A DNA stretch of 64,000 nucleotides. Origin: an uncultured Akkermansia sp. (GTDB taxonomy: Bacteria; Verrucomicrobiota; Kiritimatiellia; RFP12; JAAYNR01). A model generated the notes under the pieces. It ran no database searches. It was not told where the DNA came from and was given only the letters and a program-made list of their open reading frames with translations. This document shows positions 39,325 to 50,400 of the stretch, piece after piece. The DNA is taken from contig CAZOJL010000001.1 in the NCBI GenBank assembly GCA_964580075.1, positions 11,238 through 75,237 on the forward strand, given 5' to 3'. The first letter of the stretch is position 1. Each line of letters opens with the position of its first letter. The position numbers were made by a program, and so were the translations under genes.

Positions 39325-40341
39325 TTGAAAACGCTGACGATCATAACGACGGCGCTGCTGCTGGCCGCCCTGCCTGCGGCAGCCGCCGAAGATCAGGTGG
39401 AGACGGCGAAGCTCTCGCCCGAGGTCCGCGCGGCCATTGACAGGGGGCTGGCCTTCCTCGCCAGTCGCCAGTTGGACAACGGCAGCCTAAAAATCCAGAG
39501 TCCCGGCAGCCCACAGCATCCGGTGTGCGACACCGCGTTGACGCTCATGGCCTTCATGGTCCAGGGACACGTGCCCGGGAGGGGCGAGTATGGCAAGACG
39601 ATGGACGCGGCCATCGCCTACCTCATCAGCGTCGGGGAGAAACAGGCGGGCTACATGGGCGGGAGCATGTACGAGCACGGTTTGGCGACACTCGCGCTCT
39701 CCGAGGCGTGGGGACAAAGCAAGAACAGCAAGATTCGCGACGCGCTCCGTGCCGCGGTTGACGTGACATTGCGGGCGCAGAACGGCGCCGGCGGATGGAG
39801 GTACCAGCCGCAACCGGTGGATGCCGATCTTTCCATAACCGTCATGCAACTGGTGGCCTTGAACTCCGCCAGGGAAGCCGGCATTGCCGTGCCGGATCAG
39901 ACCATTCGGAAAGCCGTGGGCTATGTGCTGAAATGCTGGAACCCGGTCGGCGGCGGGTTCTGCTATCAGCCCAGCGGCGGCGAGGAGAGCCCTCGTTTCG
40001 TCACGACGGCGGCGGGGGTGATGTCCCTGATCATGTCCGGGCAGCGGGATCATCCCAAGACCCGCCGCGGGCTGGCGATTCTCGCCGCGTTCCCTGATAT
40101 CAAATTTAAGGTGGGCTACGGCGGGTACTGGCTCTATGCACACTACTATGCCATTCAAGACATGTACCAGGCCGGCGACACGTTATTCCAGCCGTGGTAT
40201 CCAAAGATCGCCGCGCCGCTGATCAATGAGCAGTGGAAGGACGGGAGTTGGAACATCCAGGAGGGACCGATCTTCAGCACGGGGATGGCGGTCATGATTC
40301 TCGGAGTGCCCTACCGTTTCGTCCCGATATACCAGAGGTGA
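39325..40341 (+). CDS. Prenyltransferase/squalene-oxidase-repeat (terpene-cyclase-like alpha/alpha toroid) secreted protein
   Basis: TTG start 11 nt after AAAGGAGA. Signal peptide. Repeated QxxxGxW-like units (RAQNGAGGWRYQ, QWKDGSWNIQ). Confidence 0.55.
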   Translation: MKTLTIITTALLLAALPAAAAEDQVETAKLSPEVRAAIDRGLAFLASRQLDNGSLKIQSPGSPQHPVCDTALTLMAFMVQGHVPGRGEYGKTMDAAIAYLISVGEKQAGYMGGSMYEHGLATLALSEAWGQSKNSKIRDALRAAVDVTLRAQNGAGGWRYQPQPVDADLSITVMQLVALNSAREAGIAVPDQTIRKAVGYVLKCWNPVGGGFCYQPSGGEESPRFVTTAAGVMSLIMSGQRDHPKTRRGLAILAAFPDIKFKVGYGGYWLYAHYYAIQDMYQAGDTLFQPWYPKIAAPLINEQWKDGSWNIQEGPIFSTGMAVMILGVPYRFVPIYQR

Positions 40342-40394
40342 TGGAAGGTTGAAAGATGCAGATTGCAGTAATCGATGATCGAAGGAAGGGAAAC

Positions 40395-42410
40395 ATGCAA
40401 CATTCAACACGCAACAGTCAACATGCACGTGCGGCTCTGGCTTTGACCGTTGCGTGTTGCATGTTGCATGTTGTGTGTTTATCAGCCTTCCTGTGCGCGG
40501 CACTGGTTTTGCCCCTGTGCGGCGCGTCGGCCGCCGAGCCGCCGGCCGGGGAGACGTCGGGCGCGCCGCGCCAGCCTGACCAACTGGCCATTGAGAAGAC
40601 CCTCGCGCAGCTTGAGTCCGCCGACTGGATGCTCAAATCCGAAGCCATCGCGCTCCTGGCGAAGTGGAAGACGCCGGAGGCCATTCCTCCGCTGAAGGAA
40701 ATTCTGGAGCGGGAGAAGGAGCCGTGGCTGGCCGGAGCGGCGCTGGTCGCCCTGGCACGAATATCCGGCAGCAACGTATTGGCAAAGGCGGCAGGGCTGT
40801 CCGATGACCCCGCGCCGGAAATCCGCGGGTCCGCCACGGAAGCGTTGGGGATCATCGGTGGCGCGGAAGCCCTCGGTGCGGTCCGGCGCCGGCTTGCGGA
40901 TGCCGATGCGCGCGTGCGTTACCGGGCAGCGGCGGTGGTTGCCATGCTGCTGGGGAAGGATGCCTGGAAGGATGTTGCCGGGCTTGTCGAGCAACCGCCG
41001 GCCGAAGCGCTCGACCAGGCGGCGCGCACGCTCGGGTATGTCGGAACGGCCGAATCGCGGGCTCGGATTCAAACCCTTCTCGCCGCCACGAACACCGTGG
41101 CTGGGCCGTCCGCCGTTCTGTGGGGGCTGAAGGACACCCGCGATCCGGAAGTCGTGGCGATCCTTCTTCGGTTTCTGGCCGGCCTCCCGGCCAGGAGCGA
41201 ACTGGCCGGCCCCTGCATGGATCTCCTGCAGTCCTACGGGGACGAATTCCTTTCCGGATCCCTTGTCGCGGCATTCGAGTCCGGCAGCACGAACGTGTTG
41301 GTCGCGGCATGCCGACTGCTCTATGCGCATCCGGCGACGGAACCGGCCCTGGCTCTGGCTGCGGCGCTGGACAAGCTGAAGGATCCGTCGGACGAGTTGG
41401 TGCTGGCGGCGCTGAACGCGCTGTCAACGGGAAAGGCCTGCCCCGCGCGCCATGTCGATCTGTTCGCGCGCTATCTGGCACACCGCAACCCGCAGTGCCG
41501 TGCCAGGGCCGCGACCTGCCTGGGCTTGTGCGGCAATGCCGATCTCTACACGCTTCTCCGTACATCGCTCGCCGACACCGACAGGGATGTCGTGCGCAGC
41601 GTCTTGCTGGCCTTGGGCAGAATGCCGCCGGATTCCGCGCCCAGAGAGGGAATTGTCAGTTACCTGGGCGAGGTTCTCGAAAAGAAGAATGCCGATTTCG
41701 AAATCTTCCGCAATGCCCTCAATCTCGTGACCATTCACGGCAAACCTGAGGAATTCCCGCTGGCCCTGGCCGCGTTGAATCCGATCCTCAACGGAAAAGA
41801 CGGTCGGCTACGCTATCAGGCCGCCGTTACGCTCAGGCAGTTGGGTGGTCAGGCCATGGCGCGCCAGATCGCGGAGGCGCAGGGCTTTCTCCTGGACTGG
41901 ATGCTCGTCGGCACGTTTCTCAACGACGAAAGCAATTCGGGATTGACCAACGCCTATCCGCCGGAAGCCGGAATCGATTTCCAGACGAATTATGTCACGC
42001 AATACGTTTGGACCGGGATTGATTCAAAAAGAGAAGAGGATCGGCGCGCGATCGGTGAGCGAAAGGTGGAATGGCGGGAATGGAAGACCGATCAGGTTGA
42101 CGGCAGAGTGCTTCTGAATGAGGCCATGCCGCCTCCCGCCTACCTGTCTGTCGCATACGGTGTCGGCGACGTCGTCGCCCCCGCATCAAAAACGGTGTCC
42201 GTTACCGTGGCCGCCGGCGATTCCTTTCTTCTCTGGCTGAATGGAAGCAGAGTGGCCGAGGCGACGAATCGAGGTTCCGCAGTGTTGCAGTTTCCCGCAG
42301 CGCTGAAGCAGGGGGATAACCGATTCATGATCAAATCGTGCAACATCAGGGGTGAATGGTGGTACAGCGTCCAGCTCAAGGAGGAGAAGGCGGACGGCGA
42401 CCCCCAGTGA
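40395..42410 (+). CDS. HEAT-repeat protein with C-terminal beta-sandwich domain shared with the downstream giants
   Basis: Multiple PEIRGSATEALG / ARVRYRAAAVVA HEAT units. C-terminus DWMLVGTFLND...WLNGSRV...WWYSVQLKEE resembles the C-termini of 42622-47430 and 47493-52889. Confidence 0.5.
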   Translation: MQHSTRNSQHARAALALTVACCMLHVVCLSAFLCAALVLPLCGASAAEPPAGETSGAPRQPDQLAIEKTLAQLESADWMLKSEAIALLAKWKTPEAIPPLKEILEREKEPWLAGAALVALARISGSNVLAKAAGLSDDPAPEIRGSATEALGIIGGAEALGAVRRRLADADARVRYRAAAVVAMLLGKDAWKDVAGLVEQPPAEALDQAARTLGYVGTAESRARIQTLLAATNTVAGPSAVLWGLKDTRDPEVVAILLRFLAGLPARSELAGPCMDLLQSYGDEFLSGSLVAAFESGSTNVLVAACRLLYAHPATEPALALAAALDKLKDPSDELVLAALNALSTGKACPARHVDLFARYLAHRNPQCRARAATCLGLCGNADLYTLLRTSLADTDRDVVRSVLLALGRMPPDSAPREGIVSYLGEVLEKKNADFEIFRNALNLVTIHGKPEEFPLALAALNPILNGKDGRLRYQAAVTLRQLGGQAMARQIAEAQGFLLDWMLVGTFLNDESNSGLTNAYPPEAGIDFQTNYVTQYVWTGIDSKREEDRRAIGERKVEWREWKTDQVDGRVLLNEAMPPPAYLSVAYGVGDVVAPASKTVSVTVAAGDSFLLWLNGSRVAEATNRGSAVLQFPAALKQGDNRFMIKSCNIRGEWWYSVQLKEEKADGDPQ

Positions 42411-42420
42411 GCAGGGATGC

Positions 42421-42592
42421 GTGTTCAGGTGTCAGGTTTCAGGTGTCAGGTTTCAGGTTTCAGGTTTCAGGTGTCAGGTTTCAGGTTTCAGGTTTCAGGT
42501 TTCAGGTGTCAGGTTTCAGGTGTCAGGTGTCAGGGTTCAGGTGTCAGGTGTCAGGGTTCAGATCCTCCTCCTGAAACCCGAAACCTGACACC
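42421..42592. repeat. Longest heptamer array (~20 x GGTKTCA/CAGGTKT) plus short inverted arm
   Basis: gtgttcaggtgtcaggtttcaggtgtcaggtttcaggtttcagg... ending cctgaaacccgaaacctgacacct. Confidence 0.7.
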
Positions 42593-42621
42593 TCTTGTAC
42601 GTTACAGAGATTAGTTTGCGA

Positions 42622-45600
42622 ATGAGAATCAGTATCAAAGACCTGTTGCCCTTCGCGCTGGCAGCGGTGTGCTGCATTCCGGCGGCGCTGTTCGCGCAGG
42701 CGGATATCCAGCCGGAAAAATGGGATGCGCCGCGCATCGCGGCTTGCCGCACGTTGGCCGATGACGCCTATGCCGCGAAGGCCATCGAAACGGGGAACCT
42801 TCATCTCAAGGACATGATCGAGAACTGTCCCGGACGCTGGGATATTGCCTGCCCGGCGCTCAAAACCATTCTTCTGGCGTCGAAAGACGGTCCGGAAGAC
42901 TGGAAGGAGTACGCCGCCCTCCGGCTGATCGCGGCCTATCGGGCTGACCGGCTACTGCCGACAGACCCGGTCCTGCGGGACGCGTGGGGCACGCTCATCG
43001 CCATTCGGGGATACCAGGAACGGTTTCTCGAAGCTAAAGCGATGATCGAGACCCTTGCTGAAGCAACCGGAAGGGACGTCTGGGTGCTGTTCCTGGAGGC
43101 CACACTGTGCTACCAGGCGGACTCGTATGAGACAGAGTCCCGCTTCGCGGAGATTCTTTCCAAGATCAGCGCCAACGACAGCGATCCGTACGTGCAAGCC
43201 GTCTGGTCCGCCATGAACGGTCACGAGGGCCGCAACCCGTATATTGAGAGCGCCTTGGCTTACCGGCCGGGCCGCCTGTCGCCCTCCACCGCGCCGAGGA
43301 ATATGCTCCTCAAGGATTTCTCCTCGAACTGGCAGGCGGTTCGCGACCTCCCGCCCGAGACAGTGCCGTCACAGATACATACCCTGATTGGCGAATCCTT
43401 GGATCAGGGGCGATTCTTAGCCGACGAGACCACCGCCACGATCACTTGGCTGTGGACATTGATTGACCGGTATCTGCTGTCGCGAAAGCCGGAAGCCCTG
43501 CTTGCGCTACGCCGATTTCAGGAAAGCGAGCTTCGAGAGTGGCGCCGCGGCAGCCGCGGCCAGTCGGTAGACTCAGGCGGCGCGATCACGCTCTTCCGCC
43601 GGTACCCATGGACCGATGAGGGGCAGCGTGAGTTGATGGAATACGGCAGGCAGGAGTTGCCGCAGGGCCACACGGGAGTGGCGCTGCGATCTTTCCGGGA
43701 CGTGCTGTCGCACGCCTCGGACCCGGCACTGCGCGCCGAGGCGCAGGTGGGCCTGTGGCTGGCGCTCGCCCAGCATGACGACCACGGCGAACTCGATGCG
43801 GCTTTCCAGGACGTGGATTTGCAGGAGCGCTATCCATGGATGGGCGGGACGGAAACCGCCGGCGCCATCCGCTCCCGGCTTGAGGAGGGGCTTCCCGCGG
43901 TTGCCCCGCAATCGTCGGAGCCGCAGTTGCCCGACCTGACCCGGCGCGTGGTCAGGCTTCCCGCAGTGGCCCCCTGGCCCGCGTCGTGGCAGCAGTCGCC
44001 GGAACAGGGACAGTACTGGGTGTCCGACGATGTCGTCACGGGCTCCGGTCCGTTCTCCCGGGTCGGGATTCAGTTCCACGGTGACGGCTTTCTGATCAGT
44101 TCTCCGAGCATCCTGGCGTGGTATCGCGCGGACAACCCCGAAGTCCCTGTCTGGCAGCGCACGGTGCGCTTCAACTTCTCGAAGTTCAGGCGGATTCCCG
44201 GAATCTACTGCCCCGCCTTGGCGGAGGACCGCATCTTCGCCCGGTGGGGCTATGACCGGTGCCCCACCGATGTTGCGGCGTTCGACATGAGCACCGGCAA
44301 GCCGACATGGTCGTCCGCGCTGGACGGGTCGTGGAGGCAGCAGGCGGCTCCCTTCAGAGGGGAAAGGACCATGCCGGTGAACGATCCGGTGGCCGCCGAC
44401 GGACGTCTCTACCTCCTGGCCTTCAGGCCTGATGATGCGGAAGCCAATCCGAGTGACCCGTCTTCTCTCCCGCTCTTTCTCCTGTGCCTGGAACCGAACA
44501 CGGGCTCGCGTATTTGGAGAACGCTCATTGCCAACGAAGCGCTCAGGGGGCGCGCGAACTGGCGACCGGAGGACGAAGTGCATGATCCGGCCGTCTATGG
44601 AAACGCGGTGACCGCCCACGAGGGCGCCATCTACTGCGCCGGGAACCAGGGGATCGTTGCCCGATGCGACGCGCGCGACGGCAATCTCGAATGGGCGCAC
44701 CGGTATCCTCGCAGCAGGCTCCTGAGGAAAGCGGCGCTGGTCTCGGACTCCGGGGAAGGCGGCCATGCCATCGCGTGGGGGGCACCGCCGCTGGTGGCAG
44801 ACAAGCGGGTGATCTTCATGCCCCGCGATTACAGAGGGGTGTTCGCCCTGGACGCCGACACGGGGCGTCTGCTATGGCAGAACGCATTCGTGCATCCGGC
44901 GGGAGCGATCGGGATCGTCGAGGGGGCGCTGCTGGTGTACGATCATCGGACCGTCGTATCGCTGGACTTGGCCACCGGCGCCGTGCGCTGGTTCCGGCAT
45001 TTCGAGGAGGGTATCCGCGGACGCGGCCAGTTGATCGGTTCGTCGCTGTACGTCGGCACGTCCAACGAACTGTGCCGCATCGACGCGAACTCGGGAATTG
45101 TCGTCGAACGGATGCCCTGGGGTGTGGAAGGACGGACGATTCACGACTTCGTGATTCACGGACGAGGCTTGTACATCGTCTCGGATGAGGCCACCCCTGC
45201 AGACGACTGTAAACCCGGACAGCTTGCCGGGCCGCTCGCGGCGGCCGGCGCGGGTGGATTGCCGTTTCCGCTGAGGCATGCCTGGCAGCTTTCGCGCGCC
45301 AATGCCCAGCTCCATGTGCCGCCGCCGGAGGCCGGGCTCAAAGGCAGGGCGTATCTGTACTCAGACGGCGTTCTGGAGTGTCTCCGGACCGACGCCCCGA
45401 TCGGCGTCGTATGGCAGCGGCTGGTGCAGCCGGACCTCGGTGGCGTGGATTTCCGTCAGGGGCTGATGGGGCTGAAGTACCCGCGCCGCGTGGTTGTGCT
45501 GGACGGCGCGACCGGCGCCGTGCGGGACCGCGCGCTGGCGCTCGAACGCGGCGGCCCCGGGGGTCCGGCGCCGAGTGAGGCGCGTGCGAGGGCCGGCCTC

Positions 45601-47430
45601 ATCCGTGGCGATCGATACTACGACGCGCTGACCAATCAGGGGATCGCCAGGGCTATCGACCTGAAGAGCGAAAAGACGCTTACAAACTATTCCATTCCTT
45701 CCTGGCCGGGCAACCGCGACGCCAGGATCGTCGGGTTGTGCTTGGGTGACGACTCGCTGTTCGTTCTGTCGAGTGTTCCCGAACTGCGCGCCGATGCGTT
45801 CGATCTCAAGTCCGGCGCTCACACGGGCGGGCAGCGCCTGGCGAACGTCCGGTACACGAAATGGTCTGCTCCCGATAACGTCGGCGGCGGGAGAATGGCG
45901 GGTCGCGGCTCGTGGGAAAACGAGATGGTTTGTGGATCCGGGATGCTGTTTGTGACCGACGAATCAGGCCTTCACGCCTGGACATCGAATCCCGCGGGCG
46001 AAGTCCCTCCGGTCGAGTGGCCCTCTCCGAAGCTGTATCGCCGCCGCGAATCCATTGCGGTGGACGGATCGACCCGGGAATGGAGTCAGGGCGAGCACGT
46101 CGAACTGCCCCTCGACGACAAGGACAAGGATCGGGGAAGCCTTATGCTGGCGCACGACGGAAGCTATCTGTACCTGGCGATCTCCTACCGGGACGCGCGC
46201 ATCGACCCCTTGCGGGGGAGCGGGAGATACAGCGTCGGAGATTGGGTATCCATCGCCTTCCGGGACGGCCGGGTGCGGCGCAACTGGAAGATCGGACTCG
46301 TTGACCGTGGACGCCCCGTTTGCCTGGGCCTGGGCTGGCCGGACGAGAATCCGGCGGTGGGGATTGGGTACAACATCAAGACATCGCAGCACGTGTACGA
46401 GATCGCTGTGCCCCTGACGAGGGGGCGAAGAGGGGTCAAGGCCGACCTGTCGGCGGAGGTGTGGGATGATCAGGGCCCGGAGGGTCCCGTGAAAATCCTG
46501 GAGTGCGCCGGGATGACGATAGGCCTTCATCCCATGACGCGCGTGGAGGAAGAGACGGGCTTTGCCATCATGCGCGACCTGCCGGACCTGCCGGCATCGA
46601 GGGCATTGTACGACAGGATACGCGGTTTCTACGAAGCGTGGACCGGCGAAGTACCGCCGTATCCCGCCTCGAAAGGGCCGGCGGATCCGGCACGGGCCGT
46701 GGAAGACCTGAACAGGTTCGTTTCCGAGGTCGGGGGCGGCCAGTTCCCCTACGCGTTGTACAGGGTTCTGGCGCGTCTTGGCGGCCCCAATGCCTTGCCG
46801 CCCGATGTCGGGAAGTGGTTTCAGCGAAAGCGCGAACTCGAAGCCGGGATACAAGGCCCGTACGGGTTGAACGATTCCCTGGCTGTAACCAACTGGCTGC
46901 TGCTGGGGTATTTTCCAGCCGCGCCGCACGATGACGGCTTCGATGCGGACTATCTCCAGTGCGTCGGCGGGGAACCGATGCACGTTCCGGATCGCAAACT
47001 GGAAGTGGAAACGGGCAGGGGCGACAAGGCCATGTGGATACCCTACAATGCTCCGGACAACAAGGTCAACTTCTACGACATGGAGCGCCTGGGCCTCGTG
47101 AACCGGGAGGTGGACGCCGTGATCTACGCGGCATGCTGGCTGAAAGCGGATGCGGACACCGATTGCGAACTGCAAGTGGATACGGGAGACGATTGGGGCA
47201 GGGTGTACCTGGATCACGAACCGCTGGAGGAACACGAGCCGAGCACGTGGGAGCCGATTGAAAAGAGCAGATACAAGGTCACACTCGAGGAGGGGCTGCA
47301 TCTGCTCCTGATCAAGATGGCCGGCTCTCTGAGGCCCTCGGGTGCGGGCCACGCGCCACGGTTCTACTTTGACGTGCGCATCATCGACCCCGGTGGCGCC
47401 AGGCCTCCGGGCATTACGGTGTGGAACTAG
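42622..47430 (+). CDS. Giant secreted protein (~1600 aa): N-terminal helical domain, PQQ-like beta-propeller repeats, CBM9-like module, C-terminal beta-sandwich
   Basis: Signal peptide MRISIKDLLPFALAAVCCIPAALFAQ. PQQ-like units (VFALDADTGRLLWQNAFVHPAG..., ARCDARDGNLEWAHRYPR). DGSTREW CBM9-like motif. Paralog of the next gene. Confidence 0.6.
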   Translation: MRISIKDLLPFALAAVCCIPAALFAQADIQPEKWDAPRIAACRTLADDAYAAKAIETGNLHLKDMIENCPGRWDIACPALKTILLASKDGPEDWKEYAALRLIAAYRADRLLPTDPVLRDAWGTLIAIRGYQERFLEAKAMIETLAEATGRDVWVLFLEATLCYQADSYETESRFAEILSKISANDSDPYVQAVWSAMNGHEGRNPYIESALAYRPGRLSPSTAPRNMLLKDFSSNWQAVRDLPPETVPSQIHTLIGESLDQGRFLADETTATITWLWTLIDRYLLSRKPEALLALRRFQESELREWRRGSRGQSVDSGGAITLFRRYPWTDEGQRELMEYGRQELPQGHTGVALRSFRDVLSHASDPALRAEAQVGLWLALAQHDDHGELDAAFQDVDLQERYPWMGGTETAGAIRSRLEEGLPAVAPQSSEPQLPDLTRRVVRLPAVAPWPASWQQSPEQGQYWVSDDVVTGSGPFSRVGIQFHGDGFLISSPSILAWYRADNPEVPVWQRTVRFNFSKFRRIPGIYCPALAEDRIFARWGYDRCPTDVAAFDMSTGKPTWSSALDGSWRQQAAPFRGERTMPVNDPVAADGRLYLLAFRPDDAEANPSDPSSLPLFLLCLEPNTGSRIWRTLIANEALRGRANWRPEDEVHDPAVYGNAVTAHEGAIYCAGNQGIVARCDARDGNLEWAHRYPRSRLLRKAALVSDSGEGGHAIAWGAPPLVADKRVIFMPRDYRGVFALDADTGRLLWQNAFVHPAGAIGIVEGALLVYDHRTVVSLDLATGAVRWFRHFEEGIRGRGQLIGSSLYVGTSNELCRIDANSGIVVERMPWGVEGRTIHDFVIHGRGLYIVSDEATPADDCKPGQLAGPLAAAGAGGLPFPLRHAWQLSRANAQLHVPPPEAGLKGRAYLYSDGVLECLRTDAPIGVVWQRLVQPDLGGVDFRQGLMGLKYPRRVVVLDGATGAVRDRALALERGGPGGPAPSEARARAGLIRGDRYYDALTNQGIARAIDLKSEKTLTNYSIPSWPGNRDARIVGLCLGDDSLFVLSSVPELRADAFDLKSGAHTGGQRLANVRYTKWSAPDNVGGGRMAGRGSWENEMVCGSGMLFVTDESGLHAWTSNPAGEVPPVEWPSPKLYRRRESIAVDGSTREWSQGEHVELPLDDKDKDRGSLMLAHDGSYLYLAISYRDARIDPLRGSGRYSVGDWVSIAFRDGRVRRNWKIGLVDRGRPVCLGLGWPDENPAVGIGYNIKTSQHVYEIAVPLTRGRRGVKADLSAEVWDDQGPEGPVKILECAGMTIGLHPMTRVEEETGFAIMRDLPDLPASRALYDRIRGFYEAWTGEVPPYPASKGPADPARAVEDLNRFVSEVGGGQFPYALYRVLARLGGPNALPPDVGKWFQRKRELEAGIQGPYGLNDSLAVTNWLLLGYFPAAPHDDGFDADYLQCVGGEPMHVPDRKLEVETGRGDKAMWIPYNAPDNKVNFYDMERLGLVNREVDAVIYAACWLKADADTDCELQVDTGDDWGRVYLDHEPLEEHEPSTWEPIEKSRYKVTLEEGLHLLLIKMAGSLRPSGAGHAPRFYFDVRIIDPGGARPPGITVWN

Positions 47431-47431
47431 A

Positions 47432-47488
47432 GAGCGTGTTCAGTGTTCAGTATTCAGTGTTCAGTGTTCAGTGTTCGGTGTTCGGTTT
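47432..47488. repeat. Heptamer array (GTGTTCA variant) immediately upstream of paralog 2 start
   Basis: agcgtgttcagtgttcagtattcagtgttcagtgttcagtgttcggtgttcgg. Confidence 0.6.
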
Positions 47489-47492
47489 ACTG

Positions 47493-50400
47493 ATGAGAAC
47501 AAACATCAACAGCCTGGTGGCTGGCGCGCTGGCGGCGGTGTGCTGCATTCCGGTGGTGCTGTTCGCGCAGCCGGATATCCCGCCGGAGAAATGGGATGCG
47601 CCGCGCATCGCGGCTTGCCGTAAGTTGGCCGATGACGCCTATGCCGCAAGGGATGTCGAAGCGGGGAACCTTCATCTCAAGGACCTGATCGAGAACTGTC
47701 CCGGACGCTGGGATATTGCCTGCCCGGTGCTCAAAACCATTCTTCTGGCGTCGAAAGACGGTCCGGAACACTGGCAGGAGTACGCGGCCCTCCGGCTGAT
47801 CGCGGCCTATCGGGCTGACCAGATCCTGCCGACGGATCCGGTCCTGCGGGCCGCATGGGGCGCGCTCATCGCCATTAGGGGATACCAAGACCGGTTTCTC
47901 GAAGCCAAAGTGGAGATCGAGGCGATGGAAAAGGCCACCGGAAGGGACGTGTGGGCGCAGTTCCTGGAAGCCGCGCTGTGCTACCAGTCGGACTCGTATG
48001 AGACAGAGCCCCGCTTCGCGGAGATTCTTTCCAAGATCAGCGCCGACGACAGTGATCCGTACGTGCAAGCCGTCTGGTCCGCCATGAACGGGCACGATGG
48101 CCGCAACCCGTATATGGAAAGCGCCTTGGCTTACCGGCCGGGCCGCCTGTCGCCTTCCACCGCGCCGAGGAATCTGTGCCTCAAGGATTTCTCCCCGAAC
48201 TGGGAGGCGCTTCGCGACCTCCCGCCCGAGATAGCGCCGTCACAGATACATGCCCTGATTGGCGAATCTCTGGAGCCGGGGCGATTCATAGCCGACGACA
48301 ACACGGCCACGGCCGTCTGGCTGGGGACATTGATTGACCGGAACCTGCTGTCGCGAAAGCCCGAAGCGCTGCTTCCGCTGCGCCGGTTGCAGCAAGCTGA
48401 GCTTCCGAACGCGGGCACCGGCGGCTCGGCTGGGTCCCGCGACGCAGGCGGCCCGATCGCGCTCTTTCGCCGGTATCCGTGGACCGACGCCGGGCAGCGG
48501 CAGTTGCTGGAATACGGCAGGCAGGAATTGTCGAACGGCCACGCCGGACCGGCGCTGAGATCCTTCCTGGACGTCTTGTCGCACGCCTCGGACCCGGCCC
48601 TCCGCTCCCAGGCGCGGGTGTGTCTCTGGCTGGCGCTTGCCCAGCAGGACAACCGCGACGAATTTGACGATGCCTTCCGGGACGTGAATCCGGAAGAGCG
48701 CTATCCGTGGATGGGCGGAACGGAACCTTCCCGGGTCATCCGCGACCGGTTGGAGAAGAGCATTCCCACCGCCGCCGCACCGGAACGGCCAACGCCGCGC
48801 CTGGGCGATCTGGACCGGCGCCTAGTCAAGATTCCCGCCCTCGCGCCCTGGCCGTGTTCCTGGACGCAGGCCGGCGGTTTGCACTGGTATTACGACACCG
48901 CGCTGATGAAGACCCTTCCCTTCATCCGGGTCGGGATGCAGCTCCAGGATGGCGGCCTGCTGGTCAGTGCCCCCAACATGATGGCCTGGTATCGCGCGGA
49001 TCATACCGAAGCGCCCGTGTGGCAGCGAACGGCACGGTTCACATTCTCGCAGCACAGACGGCACCCCGGGATCTACTGTCCCCCCGTGAACGACGGCCGC
49101 ATCTACACCCGATGGGGCTACAGCGATGGTTGCCCCGCCGACGTTGCCGCGATCGACATCCGGACGGGCAGGCAACTATGGTCAACGGCGCAGGACAACT
49201 CGTGGCGCAGCCAACCCGGATCCTTCCGGGGCGTCCGGCATTGGCCTCTGAACGATCCCGTCTACGCCGACGGCCGACTCTACCTGCTGGCGGCCAAGGT
49301 CGTGGACTCCAATACGGACGGGATCTATCTTGTCTGCATGGACCCCGATACCGGGGCGAGGATCTGGGCATGCCCGGTCTCCCGCGATAAGATGAAAGGA
49401 GCCGAGGGCTGGTTACCGGAATACAACACCGATCTGGCCCTCTATGGCAATGCGGTGACCTGTCACCAGGGCGCCGTGTACTGCGCCACCGGCGCGGGTG
49501 TCGTTTCCCGCGTCGACGCGCGCGACGGCAGGCTGGAATGGGCGCACCGTTATCCGCGTACCAAGTACCCGCAGAAAGAGAGACCTGGCGCGCACCCCTG
49601 GGAAGGGGACTATTCCATCTCGTGGGGAACGCGGCCGCTGGTGGCGGGAAACCGGGTAATCTGCATGCCCCGCGACCACAACGGGGTCTTTGCCTTGGAC
49701 GCGGATACGGGAAGACTCGTCTGGCAAAACGCATTCGTGCATCCGGCGGGAGCGGTCGGGATCTTCGAGGGGGCACTTCTGGTGTACGATCATCAGACCA
49801 TCGTCTCGCTGGACCCGGCGACCGGCGCAACGCGGTGGTTTCGGCCTTTGGAGGAAGGCGTTCTCAAAGACGCGCAACGGATCGGATCGTCGATCTATGT
49901 CGGAACATCCCGCGGACTTTGCCGCATCGACGCGCGGTCGGGTGTCGCCGTCGAGCGGATGGCATGGGGCGAAAAGGATCGGAAGATCCTCGATTTCACG
50001 ATTCTCGACAAAGCCCTCTACGTTGTTTCGGATGAGGCCGTCCCGGCGGATGGTTTTGAAGAGGTTGCGTCCGTCAAGCCGCCTGCGGCGGGCGAGGATG
50101 GAAAGATGCAGTTCCCGCTGCGGCAGACCTGGCGGCTGGCGCGCGCCAATCCGCAACTTTACGTCCCGCCGCCGGAGGCCGGGCTGGACGGCGGCGTATT
50201 CCTGTTTTCAGACGGAGTCCTCGAACGCATTCGGCTCAGCCCTGCCCCGTCCGTCGTCTGGCAGCGGCTGGTGCAGCCGGACCTGACCGGAGTGCGCTTT
50301 GCCCGCGGCATGGTGGTCCTCGACTACCCGGCGCGTCCGGTGCTGCTGGACGGGGAAACAGGCGCCGTGCGGGAGTCGCAGCTTTCGCCGGATGCCGGCG

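Noticed and set aside
42421-42592. Possible CRISPR array
   Set aside because: Period is 7 nt with no unique spacers and no cas genes. It is a simple tandem (mini/microsatellite-like) repeat, not repeat-spacer architecture.
42352-42614. Short ORFs translating to SGFRFQVSGVR-type peptides, and N-terminal extensions of 47421 and 57477-58052 ORFs
   Set aside because: They are read-through of the heptamer repeat arrays. Real starts placed at downstream Met with signal peptides/RBS.
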